A stretch of DNA of 64,000 bases from an uncultured Actinomycetota bacterium (GTDB taxonomy: Bacteria; Actinomycetota; Actinomycetes; Propionibacteriales; Propionibacteriaceae). Positions within the stretch are counted from its first letter, which is position 1. Each line of letters starts with the position of its first letter. Shown in pieces: positions 51,921 through 64,000 of the stretch. The notes below the pieces were generated by a model that worked only from the letters and a program-made list of their open reading frames with translations, was not told where the DNA came from and ran no database searches. Made by a program: the position numbers and the translations under genes. Location: assembly GCA_963808905.1 (NCBI GenBank), contig CAWEHO010000003.1:155755-219754 (forward strand), in the 5' to 3' direction.

Positions 51921-52346
51921 CTATGGATCCCTGAGTTCAAAACCTTCCACGGTATTGAGAGGCAGGCAGATCACCGAGGTCCGTACGTCGGGGGGCCAGT
52001 CCTCTTCAAATGCCGCCTGATCGATCATCGGCCGTTGGCCGCTCTCCGCCAAGGCGGCTGTACCGGTGACGATGACGGTTTCGCGATGGGCGGCGGGAGT
52101 ACCCCCGTCGACGTCGAGGCTGACCTCAGCACCAGGCGCATAGTGCACGATGTCGTTGTAGTCGGGCAGCCGGACCAGGATCTGATCTCCGGCGACGGCG
52201 TAGGAGACAACGACCGAACGATGTCCGCGGCCAGATTGATATCCCATCCTGCCCTCGTGATGGCTGCAGAGCCAGGCCTTGCACTCATGCGGGGAGAGCC
52301 GGCGCAGGCGCTCGCCCGGAGAAACGTGACCCCCAAAAGTTGGCAT
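51921..52346 (-). CDS. Pyridoxamine 5'-phosphate oxidase-like (FMN-binding split barrel) protein
   Basis: AGGAG RBS; ECKAWL..H.EGRMG, VSYAV, VSLDVD, VIVTG.A. Confidence 0.75.
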   Translation of the reverse strand: MPTFGGHVSPGERLRRLSPHECKAWLCSHHEGRMGYQSGRGHRSVVVSYAVAGDQILVRLPDYNDIVHYAPGAEVSLDVDGGTPAAHRETVIVTGTAALAESGQRPMIDQAAFEEDWPPDVRTSVICLPLNTVEGFELRDP

Positions 52347-52434
52347 GATCGACTCCTGTTCCACCCACCCTTATCTCGATTGTGCGCTTGTCGTGATCAA
52401 CCCGGTAGGGGTTGGGGCGGGCCCAAAAATAAAT

Positions 52435-52450
52435 TGGGACCAAAGTCCCA
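52435..52450. promoter_or_regulatory. DosR/DevR-like palindromic box
   Basis: TGGGAC-CAAA-GTCCCA, a perfect inverted repeat matching GGGAC-N4-GTCCC, 89 nt upstream of ATG 52346. Confidence 0.7.
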
Positions 52451-52524
52451 TCCCGCAACCGGTTTCGGCAGTGATCATCATCACAGAGGCGCTGCTCGGG
52501 CCCGAATTTCCCACATATCAAGGC

Positions 52525-52965
52525 TCAGCCGGACCGGGCCGCCACCACCCGACCGGACACGCGGCGCGGAGTGACCTGTATGAAGACATTCCTCACCCCG
52601 GCAGCCCAGGGAACGACGCCGCCAACTGTCCACATGCGTACCAGCTGATCGGGTTCTGCAACTCCCTGGGCGCGGCCCTGCACCACGACGCTCCAGCCGC
52701 GCCGGCTGTCCTGATCAAGCTCATCGATCTCCAGTGCGACGTCGGTTGGCCGGACCAGCTCAGACAGCACGCCGTATGGCGAGGTCCTGAAGATGATCGT
52801 TCCCTCGTGCCAGGCGTAGGTGACTGGCAGGATTTGCAGCCCGTCAGCGGCCTGCCATGCTATGCGGCCGACGCTTTGGCTCTGCAGCAGTTCCTCGCAG
52901 CGGGCCGGGGTGATGGCTCGAAACTCGCCGGTCGGCTCGTCGTCGATGAATCTCTCCTCCGACAT
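52525..52965 (-). CDS. Pyridoxamine 5'-phosphate oxidase-like (FMN-binding split barrel) protein
   Basis: CEELL..Q.VGRIA, LPVTY, IFRT, VALEID, GWSVVVQG, FIQVTP; TGATG overlap with the upstream gene. Confidence 0.9.
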   Translation of the reverse strand: MSEERFIDDEPTGEFRAITPARCEELLQSQSVGRIAWQAADGLQILPVTYAWHEGTIIFRTSPYGVLSELVRPTDVALEIDELDQDSRRGWSVVVQGRAQGVAEPDQLVRMWTVGGVVPWAAGVRNVFIQVTPRRVSGRVVAARSG

Positions 52966-53483
52966 CACTGCTGCCTTTCCGCAGTTGCCTGATCGAGCTG
53001 GTGGGCAATGTCAGACGCCCAACCACGAATTCGCTCCCAGTCCCGAAAGTCGCCCGAGAGCGGTCCCTTCTCGCCCATCCATCTGCTGAGCGGACCGGTT
53101 GCATGTTCGGTGTCAAGCCGGCCGCCAAAAGTCACTGGTGCGGGCAGCCCGAGTGGAACGATCACTCGCGCGATCGCCTTCGGGGTCTCCACCTGCTCAT
53201 CCCGGGCTCCTTCGCCGCACGGACCGCTGTGGAACAGCCAGGTTCGCTTGGGGTCCAGTCTGTGGGCGTGGTGTTTGAGGAATCGCCTCGCCGCCTTGAC
53301 CCAGCGCCGGGTGTAGATCGCGCTGCCGATGATCACGCCGTCGAATCCATCGGGGTTGACGTCGTCGGCACACGGTGCGACAACCACCTGAATGCCACAA
53401 CGCTCGAGCTCCTGACCGATGGCCTCGGCGATCTCCCGGGTGGAGCCCATCTTGCTCGCATAGGCCACGAGGACCCTTGCCAC
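52965..53483 (-). CDS. Flavodoxin-domain protein (HemG / menaquinone-dependent protoporphyrinogen oxidase-like)
   Basis: GTG 53483 after GAGAGGAA; VAYASKMGSTREIA, DGVIIGSAIY, WLFHSGP, FGGRL, GDFRDWERIRGWA. Confidence 0.88.
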   Translation of the reverse strand: MARVLVAYASKMGSTREIAEAIGQELERCGIQVVVAPCADDVNPDGFDGVIIGSAIYTRRWVKAARRFLKHHAHRLDPKRTWLFHSGPCGEGARDEQVETPKAIARVIVPLGLPAPVTFGGRLDTEHATGPLSRWMGEKGPLSGDFRDWERIRGWASDIAHQLDQATAERQQ

Positions 53484-53566
53484 CTGCGTTCCTCTCAGTC
53501 CTGGGTTGATACAGCTCTGGTCAGTTGATACAGCTCTATTCAAGGGGGCGCCCAGCGGTGCCGGGA

Positions 53567-53580
53567 GGGTCGAAGGTCCC
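53567..53580. promoter_or_regulatory. Second DosR/DevR-like box
   Basis: GGGTC-GAAG-GTCCC fits GGGNC-N4-GNCCC, ~85 nt upstream of the flavodoxin start. Confidence 0.5.
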
Positions 53581-53785
53581 GTCCGGTCAGGCCGAATGGC
53601 GTCAGAAAAAGGCCGTCGCGAGCTGGAGTCCAGGAAACTGGACGCCGGCACATTGTCGAGCTGCTCGGGGTGGGCAAAGGTCTGAAAGCCGCAACATTGC
53701 CCCTTGTCGCACGGCTGTCGAAGAGTATGATCTCTGCCAAGGCAGTCGGGAATTTGACTGCTCTAGTTAGCGCTGCGCCCGCTTC

Positions 53786-53814
53786 TTGACTTTCGGCGTA
53801 ACAACGTCTATATT
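53786..53814 (+). promoter_or_regulatory. Housekeeping sigma promoter for rpoBC
   Basis: TTGACT (53786-53791), 17-nt spacer, TATATT (53809-53814). Confidence 0.75.
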
Positions 53815-53923
53815 GGGGGTTTGCCCTCGCCATCTGCCGACCCGTTTCGCTTTGACACGGGTCGTTCAGCATGCGTAGAAGCATTTTGCTCCTCCACTGC
53901 GAGCCCTCGGAAGGACACAGGAG

Positions 53924-56900
53924 TTGGCAGCCTCGCGCACAGCCTCTAAGACCAAAGTTGTATCCCCTACCGGCCGGATCTCCTTCGCGAAGATCGCCGA
54001 ACCCATGGAAGTTCCATATCTGCTCGATCTGCAGATTGATTCATTTGACTGGCTTGTTGGCAACGAAGCCTGGCGCAGCCGCGTCGCGACCGCGTTGGAC
54101 CAGGGCCGTACGGACATCAACACCAAGTCCGGACTCGAAGAGATCTTTGAGGAGATCTCTCCCATCGAAGACTTCTCCGGCACCATGTCGCTTTCGTTCC
54201 GCGACCACCGGTTCGAGCCGCCGAAGAACACGGTCGACGAATGCAAGGAGCGCGACGTAACCTACGCCGCGCCGCTGTTCGTCACGGCCGAGTTCATGAA
54301 CAACGAGACTGGCGAGATCAAGAGCCAGACGGTCTTCATGGGTGATTTCCCGTTGATGACCGACAAAGGCACCTTCGTCATCAACGGCACCGAGCGTGTT
54401 GTCGTGTCTCAATTGGTTCGCTCGCCGGGTGTCTACTTCGAGCAGACCACCGACAAGACCTCGGACAAAGACATCTTCACCTGCAAGATGATCCCGTCGC
54501 GTGGCGCGTGGCTTGAGTTCGAGATCGACAAGCGCGACATGGTCGGCGTACGCCTCGATCGCAAGCGCAAGCAAAACGTCACCGTGTTGCTCAAGGCGCT
54601 CGGCTGGACCGATGCGCAGATCCTCGAGCAGTTCGGCGACTACGAGTCGATGCGGCTCACCCTGGAGAAGGACCACACCACCACCCAGGATGAGGCGCTG
54701 CTGGACATCTACCGCAAGCTGCGTCCGGGCGAGCCTCCCACCCGCGAAGCCGCCCAGGCATTGCTGGAGAACTACTACTTCAACCCGAAGCGCTACGACC
54801 TGGCCAAGGTTGGTCGGTACAAGATCAACAAGAAGCTTGGTCTGGAGTTGCCGTTCGATCGTACGGTGCTGACCATCGAGGACATCATCGCTGCTATTCG
54901 CTTCGTAGTCGCACTGCACGAGGGTAAGGAGACGCTGGATTCTCCTCGTGGCCAGCTGCTGGTCGAAGAGGACGACATCGACCACTTCGGAAATCGGCGG
55001 TTGCGTACGGTCGGCGAGTTGATCCAAAACCAGCTGCGCACCGGGCTCGGCCGCATGGAGCGCGTGGTCCGTGATCGGATGACCACTCAGGACGTCGAGG
55101 CGATCACGCCGCAGACCTTGATCAACATCCGGCCGGTCGTCGCGGCACTGAAGGAGTTCTTCGGTACCTCGCAGCTTTCCCAGTTCATGGATCAGACCAA
55201 CCCCGTTGCCGGCCTGACGCACAAGAGGCGGCTTTCTGCGCTCGGCCCGGGTGGCCTGTCGCGGGATCGTGCGGGCATGGAGGTCCGCGACGTCCATCCG
55301 TCCCACTACGGCCGGATGTGTCCGATCGAGACCCCTGAGGGACCAAACATCGGCCTCATCGGCTCCCTTGCCTCGTTTGCGCGGGTGAACGCCTTCGGGT
55401 TCGTGGAGACTCCTTATCGCAAGGTGGAGAAGGGCCATGTCACCGATCAGATCGACTACCTGACCGCTGACGAGGAAGACCGGTACGTCACGGCGCAGGC
55501 CAATGCCAAGCTGGACGACAAGTTCCATTTCACTGAGGATCGGGTGCTGGTCCGCAAGCGCCACGGCGAGGTCGACTATGTCGCCCCGAACGAGGTGCAC
55601 TACATGGACGTGTCACCGCGGCAGATGGTGTCGGTCGCGACCGCGATGATTCCGTTCCTGGAGCACGACGACGCGTCTCGTGCCTTGATGGGCTCGAACA
55701 TGCAGCGTCAGGCCGTTCCGCTGATCAAGTCAGAGGCACCATTCGTGGGCACCGGCATGGAGTACCGCGGCGCTGTGGATGCGGGCGATGTGACGGTGGC
55801 CACCCAGGCCGGCGTGGTCACCTCGGTGAGTGCGGACCTGATCGACGTGGCACAGGACGACGACACGTTCAAGACCTACCGGCTGAGCAAGTTCCGCCGC
55901 TCGAACCAGGGCACGTGCATCAACCAGCGCCCACTCGTGACCGTGGGACAGCGGATCGAGAGGGGTACGCCGCTGGCGGATGGCCCCTGCACCGATCACG
56001 CCGAGATGGCGCTGGGCCGTAACCTGCTGGTCGCGTTCATGCCGTGGGAGGGCCACAACTACGAGGACGCGATCATCTTGAGCCAGCGGCTCGTTCAAGA
56101 CGACGTGCTCACCTCGATTCACATCGAGGAGCATGAGGTTGACGCTCGCGACACGAAATTGGGCGCAGAGGAGATCACTCGCGACATCCCCAATGTCAGC
56201 GAGGAGATGCTCGCAGACCTCGACGAGCGCGGCATCATTCGCATCGGCGCCGAGGTCTCGACCGGTGACATCCTGGTCGGCAAGGTGACCCCGAAGGGCG
56301 AGACCGAGTTGACCCCGGAGGAGCGGCTGTTGCGTGCGATCTTCGGTGAGAAGGCGCGCGAGGTTCGTGATACCTCGCTCAAGGTGCCGCACGGCGAGTC
56401 GGGCACTGTCATTGGCGTACGCGTCTTCGATCGCGATGCCGACGATGAGCTTTCGCCGGGCGTCAATCAGCTGGTGCGGGTCTATGTCGCCCAGAAGCGC
56501 AAGATCCAGGACGGCGACAAGCTCGCCGGACGCCACGGCAACAAGGGCGTCATTTCCAAGATCTTGCCGATCGAGGACATGCCGTTCATGGAGGACGGGA
56601 CTCCGGTCGATATCGTGCTCAACCCGCTCGGCGTGCCGAGCCGGATGAACGTCGGTCAGGTGCTGGAGACTCACCTCGGATGGGTCGCCATGCAGGGCTG
56701 GGATATCGACGGTCTCAAGGCTGCCTGGTCCAACCGGCTGCGTAGCGTTGGCCTCAACCACGTGGAGGGGCCGGCCCATCTGGCAACCCCGGTCTTCGAC
56801 GGTGCTACCGAGGAGGAGATCACCGGCCTGCTCGGCCAGACCTTGCCGACCCGCGACGGGCAGCGCATGGTGAACGCCGACGGCAAGGCCCACCTCTTCG

Positions 56901-57403
56901 ACGGTCGCTCGGGCGAACCGTTCCCAGAGCCGGTCGGCGTTGGCTACATCTACATGTTGAAGCTGCACCACCTGGTCGACGACAAGATCCATGCTCGCTC
57001 GACTGGGCCGTACTCGATGATCACCCAGCAGCCCCTGGGCGGTAAGGCACAGTTCGGCGGACAGCGCTTCGGTGAGATGGAGGTTTGGGCGCTCGAGGCG
57101 TACGGGGCCGCCTGGGCCTTGCAGGAGCTGCTGACCATCAAGTCCGACGACGTTCCCGGCCGCGTGAAGGTCTACGAGGCGATCGTCAAGGGCGAGAACA
57201 TCCCCGAGCCTGGCATTCCGGAGTCGTTCAAGGTGCTGGTCAAGGAAATGAAGTCGCTATGCCTCAACGTTGAGGTGTTGTCGAGCGACGGCACCGAGGT
57301 GGAGCTGCGAGACTCCGAGGACGACTACCGGTCGTCTGAGGACTTCGGCATCGACCTGTCCCGTCGCCCCGGTGACTCCCTCGGCGGAGTCGAAGAAGTC
57401 TGA
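53924..57403 (+). CDS. rpoB: DNA-directed RNA polymerase subunit beta
   Basis: [62 protein letters not shown]. Confidence 0.99.
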   Translation: MAASRTASKTKVVSPTGRISFAKIAEPMEVPYLLDLQIDSFDWLVGNEAWRSRVATALDQGRTDINTKSGLEEIFEEISPIEDFSGTMSLSFRDHRFEPPKNTVDECKERDVTYAAPLFVTAEFMNNETGEIKSQTVFMGDFPLMTDKGTFVINGTERVVVSQLVRSPGVYFEQTTDKTSDKDIFTCKMIPSRGAWLEFEIDKRDMVGVRLDRKRKQNVTVLLKALGWTDAQILEQFGDYESMRLTLEKDHTTTQDEALLDIYRKLRPGEPPTREAAQALLENYYFNPKRYDLAKVGRYKINKKLGLELPFDRTVLTIEDIIAAIRFVVALHEGKETLDSPRGQLLVEEDDIDHFGNRRLRTVGELIQNQLRTGLGRMERVVRDRMTTQDVEAITPQTLINIRPVVAALKEFFGTSQLSQFMDQTNPVAGLTHKRRLSALGPGGLSRDRAGMEVRDVHPSHYGRMCPIETPEGPNIGLIGSLASFARVNAFGFVETPYRKVEKGHVTDQIDYLTADEEDRYVTAQANAKLDDKFHFTEDRVLVRKRHGEVDYVAPNEVHYMDVSPRQMVSVATAMIPFLEHDDASRALMGSNMQRQAVPLIKSEAPFVGTGMEYRGAVDAGDVTVATQAGVVTSVSADLIDVAQDDDTFKTYRLSKFRRSNQGTCINQRPLVTVGQRIERGTPLADGPCTDHAEMALGRNLLVAFMPWEGHNYEDAIILSQRLVQDDVLTSIHIEEHEVDARDTKLGAEEITRDIPNVSEEMLADLDERGIIRIGAEVSTGDILVGKVTPKGETELTPEERLLRAIFGEKAREVRDTSLKVPHGESGTVIGVRVFDRDADDELSPGVNQLVRVYVAQKRKIQDGDKLAGRHGNKGVISKILPIEDMPFMEDGTPVDIVLNPLGVPSRMNVGQVLETHLGWVAMQGWDIDGLKAAWSNRLRSVGLNHVEGPAHLATPVFDGATEEEITGLLGQTLPTRDGQRMVNADGKAHLFDGRSGEPFPEPVGVGYIYMLKLHHLVDDKIHARSTGPYSMITQQPLGGKAQFGGQRFGEMEVWALEAYGAAWALQELLTIKSDDVPGRVKVYEAIVKGENIPEPGIPESFKVLVKEMKSLCLNVEVLSSDGTEVELRDSEDDYRSSEDFGIDLSRRPGDSLGGVEEV

Positions 57404-57411
57404 GTGCCTCT

Positions 57412-57477
57412 GCCTCTCCGACTTGTCAGCGTCTCAACGGGCTATAGCCCTCTGAAACGCTGACAAGTCGGCGGAGG
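57412..57477. other. Long hairpin in the rpoB-rpoC intergenic region
   Basis: CCGACTTGTCAGCGT (57418-57432) pairs perfectly with 57457-57471; inner palindrome GGGCTATAGCCC at 57439-57450. Confidence 0.85.
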
Positions 57478-57542
57478 TGAAGGTTCAGTCAATCGACAAC
57501 TTCAGATATCGCGTTAGTTGAGAGAAGAGAGATAACCAAAGA

Positions 57543-61400
<3,858 letters not shown>

Positions 61401-61413
61401 GTTTCACAGCTGC

Positions 61414-61443
61414 GAGGGGCGGGCCGGGATGGGCCCGCCCCTC
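61414..61443 (+). terminator. GC-rich hairpin after rpoC
   Basis: GAGGGGCGGGCC-GGGATG-GGCCCGCCCCTC perfect 12-bp stem; no U-tract. Confidence 0.7.
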
Positions 61444-61532
61444 ATGCATGCGGTGAAACACCCACGCCCGGTGCTGGGAATTGAGTAGTTGTCTCGATGC
61501 GCGGAACGGCTCTCCGGTCCTACCGTCGCCGC

Positions 61533-62253
61533 ATGACACCACAGCAACCCTCGAACCGAGGCGTGTCGAGCCAGCGGAGCGGGAGCGAGATCCAAGCGAT
61601 CGGGGCGGTCGCGGGCATGATTGGGCCGATTCTTTTCACCGTTGGATTCGTCGTCCAGGGCTTGTTCCGGCGTGGCGAATACGATCCTGTCGCCGAGACC
61701 GTGAGCGCCCTGGAGGCCGGTCCGAACGGCTGGATCCAGCAACTCGACTTTTTCATTTTCGGCATCCTGATGATGATCTTCGCGGTCGGGCTAGGCGCCG
61801 GCTTGCGTGGCGGTCGTCGGCGCATCGGATCCGTAGTGGTCATCTGGTGGGGAGTTGGTCTCCTGGTGGCCGGCCTCTTTCCGCTCCGCGAGAACGTCGA
61901 CGGCGAGACCTTCGATCCCACCGGGCTGCACCAACCCAATGGTGGGGTCTTCTTTGCGAGCCTCTGGGTCGGTCTGGCCGTGCTGTCCTGGTGTCTGCGA
62001 CCAAGATCCCTACTGGCGAGGTCTCGCCCGATACACGCTGCTGACGAGTGGGGCGTTGGCGGTCCTGTTTCTCGTTATGGCCGCTTTCGGAATCTCGTCT
62101 TCAGCTCCGTTGCATCCGTGGGCAGGTCTCATCCAACGTCTCGTGTTGGCAGTGTGGTTTCCGTGCCTCATTGCGCTGGCGGCTCGGCTCCTCCAGGTGA
62201 GCCGGTCCGCATCGGCAATGCCGGTTGCAGGGCATACGGTGTCGGTCGTCTAG
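61533..62253 (+). CDS. DUF998 family membrane protein (apparent +1 frameshift at ~62001)
   Basis: YDPVAETVSALE, GLFP, GLHQ, GLIQRL. Removing one C gives ...LRQDPYWRGLARYT. Confidence 0.75.
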
Positions 62254-62783
62254 ACAGCCGCTTTGTCGAGATTGGCAAGGATGTCGGCAACTGTCTCGTC
62301 CGTGGTTTGGCTACTGCAGTCAAGCCAGTAGCCAATTTGGGAAGTCTCCCGTCGCAGCACCTCGTCCAGGGCTTCGGCTGAGAGGTGGACGTAGCCGGCC
62401 TTCGTACGCTGCTCCTCTTGCCACTCCAGGGCTGACAGGCTGGGGGAGAGGACCACGAGGTAGCGCTCATGTGAAGCAATGCGTTTGACGAAGTCAGCCA
62501 GATCCTTGCCCAAGATCACGTCTTGGACGATTGCGTCAAAGCCCTCCTCGGCAAAGCGGTCAGCGGCCTGCGCCGCCAAGTCGTAGCGCAGATTGAGCTG
62601 AGCGAGCGCCTCTGCACTCGGATTGGGTGTCATGTTTGCGCGACCATTGATAACCATCCGCCGAAACATGTCGCCATGGATATGGACCGACTTGGGTAGT
62701 CGGATAGCCAGCAAATCGGCCACCGACGACTTTCCAGCTGCCATCGCGCCGGTGATCACGATGACTCTTCCGTGAGCGGACAT
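62250..62783 (-). CDS. P-loop kinase / AAA family protein (chloramphenicol phosphotransferase-like)
   Basis: ITGAMAAGKS Walker A, HIHGDMFRRM, LDCSSQT.DETV. Confidence 0.8.
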   Translation of the reverse strand: MSAHGRVIVITGAMAAGKSSVADLLAIRLPKSVHIHGDMFRRMVINGRANMTPNPSAEALAQLNLRYDLAAQAADRFAEEGFDAIVQDVILGKDLADFVKRIASHERYLVVLSPSLSALEWQEEQRTKAGYVHLSAEALDEVLRRETSQIGYWLDCSSQTTDETVADILANLDKAAV

Positions 62784-62988
62784 CACACAACGAAGTGTGT
62801 TGTGTTGCGGGCCCAAGAGCCAGCACCGACATTCCGTTTCACCCAATCTCGTCAGGGTCGTTAGGCGGGAGCCACCCGATGAGGTGAGTACGTGGCCCAA
62901 ACGGAAGAAATGCCTCAGGCCGGTGGATCGACGTCAGGCTACGTGCCGGCATGTCGCCGCCTCCACTGGCACGGCTGAGAATGGGTGC

Positions 62989-63459
62989 GTGGATCTCCGC
63001 GAACTCTTCCTTCCGATGCTGGGCAACTGGGCGGGTGTCGAGCAGCACGCGGCGTCGCCGGGGGCTCCGGCAACCACGGCGAGGGCGATGATCGTCTTCA
63101 AACTGGATGTCGGTGATCAGGTTGTCGTGCAGGACTACCGGCAAGTGAGGGCCGACCGTACAGAGTTCTGCGGACACGGGGTGTTCATGATCGACAGTGA
63201 TGACCAGACGGCGCCCAATTCTCATACGCCGATCCTCTGGTGGTTCTTCGACTCCGTTGGATATCCACCGCAGCCAGCTCGGGGCGGCTGGCGAGGCGAC
63301 GAGCTGATCATGCACAAAACGACGCCGCGGGGGATGGCCGAGCATCGTTTCGCCATAGCCGACGGGCAGTTGACCTATCGGATTCGCGTACAACTCCACG
63401 ACGACGCAGAGTTGGAAGATTTTCTGAGCGGAACTTATCGACGTTTCAGCGGGCACTGA
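62989..63459 (+). CDS. DUF1579-like hypothetical protein
   Basis: LGNWAGVE, VVVQDY, FCGHGVF, WWFFDS.G, F.SGTYRR. Confidence 0.55.
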   Translation: MDLRELFLPMLGNWAGVEQHAASPGAPATTARAMIVFKLDVGDQVVVQDYRQVRADRTEFCGHGVFMIDSDDQTAPNSHTPILWWFFDSVGYPPQPARGGWRGDELIMHKTTPRGMAEHRFAIADGQLTYRIRVQLHDDAELEDFLSGTYRRFSGH

Positions 63460-63488
63460 GATCGCCGCGTACGCACCACGCCGAAGGC

Positions 63489-64000
63489 TCAGACGGCACA
63501 GCTGAAGGTGAGCTGGTAGCCGCTGGATGGATCGCCCATCAGCGTCGGCATCTGCAGGTCGTATCCATCGCTGAAGACGTTGTCACTGCCAAGGCTCACG
63601 CGGCTGAGATTGCTGGTGCTTTGCTCATATCCAGTGGTCGCATAGACGGCCTTGGCAGTCGCCTCCGGCAGGGCCATCTGCGATGTGGCGATCTTGTTGG
63701 CGCTGTTGGTTGCCTTGGCCAGGCTTGGGTAGACCTCGAAGTGAATGTGCGGCCAGCGGCCCGAGTAGCAGGCCGGGAAGATCGTGGTGAATTTCACCTG
63801 ACCGCGGTCATCGGTCTCTTGTACACCACGTAGGTAGTTCTCCTTCGTCACACCCTGGGAATACAGGGAGTATCTTCCTTCCCGATCGCAGTGCCACAGG
63901 TAGACCGCACCACCGGCAAGCGGCGATTTGTTGTTCGCGAAGTCGTTGATCGTCATGGTGACGGTGAGCGGCACGCCTTCCGCTTTGGTGGTGCTGGATC
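63489..64000 (-). CDS. Intradiol ring-cleavage dioxygenase-like protein (5' end outside the window)
   Basis: GVPL, VYLWHCDREGRYS, YLRGVQ.TD, TIFPACY.GRWPHIHFEV; the frame is open to the window edge. Confidence 0.88.
   Translation of the reverse strand, partial: SSTTKAEGVPLTVTMTINDFANNKSPLAGGAVYLWHCDREGRYSLYSQGVTKENYLRGVQETDDRGQVKFTTIFPACYSGRWPHIHFEVYPSLAKATNSANKIATSQMALPEATAKAVYATTGYEQSTSNLSRVSLGSDNVFSDGYDLQMPTLMGDPSSGYQLTFSCAV

Overview
High-GC actinobacterial chromosome segment; ribosomal-protein and RNA polymerase sequences look Propionibacteriales (Microlunatus-like), which is an inference. The right half is the conserved core block tRNA-Thr, tRNA-Met, rpmG, hadA/hadB-like, murB ... tRNA-Trp, secE, nusG, rplK, rplA ... 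rplJ, rplL ... rpoB, rpoC, interleaved with accessory genes. The left half is accessory: carbohydrate enzymes, a ChrB/DUF2127/MFS trio, lysX, a membrane glycerophosphodiesterase and a complete narGHJI-narK respiratory nitrate reductase operon. The best candidate for an undescribed system is a low-GC, translationally coupled gene pair (15740-20353). It encodes a phosphotransferase-fold kinase fused to a STAND/NB-ARC ATPase and TPR-like repeats, followed by a protein resembling the SMODS-associated NUDIX domain, and is bordered by a decayed IS630 fragment; it may be an NLR-like defence or signalling module. Other notable points: a palindromic REP-like element inserted in frame inside narG, DosR/DevR-like boxes at the FMN-binding/flavodoxin genes and narG, a zinc-ribbon protein with ~112-aa tandem repeats, a repeat-extended L10, and short tandem duplications in ribosomal-protein leaders. 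At least 13 single-base indels, some in essential genes (murB, secE), indicate an error-prone (probably long-read) consensus, so broken ORFs are treated as probably intact genes. No CRISPR array, rRNA or prophage was seen.
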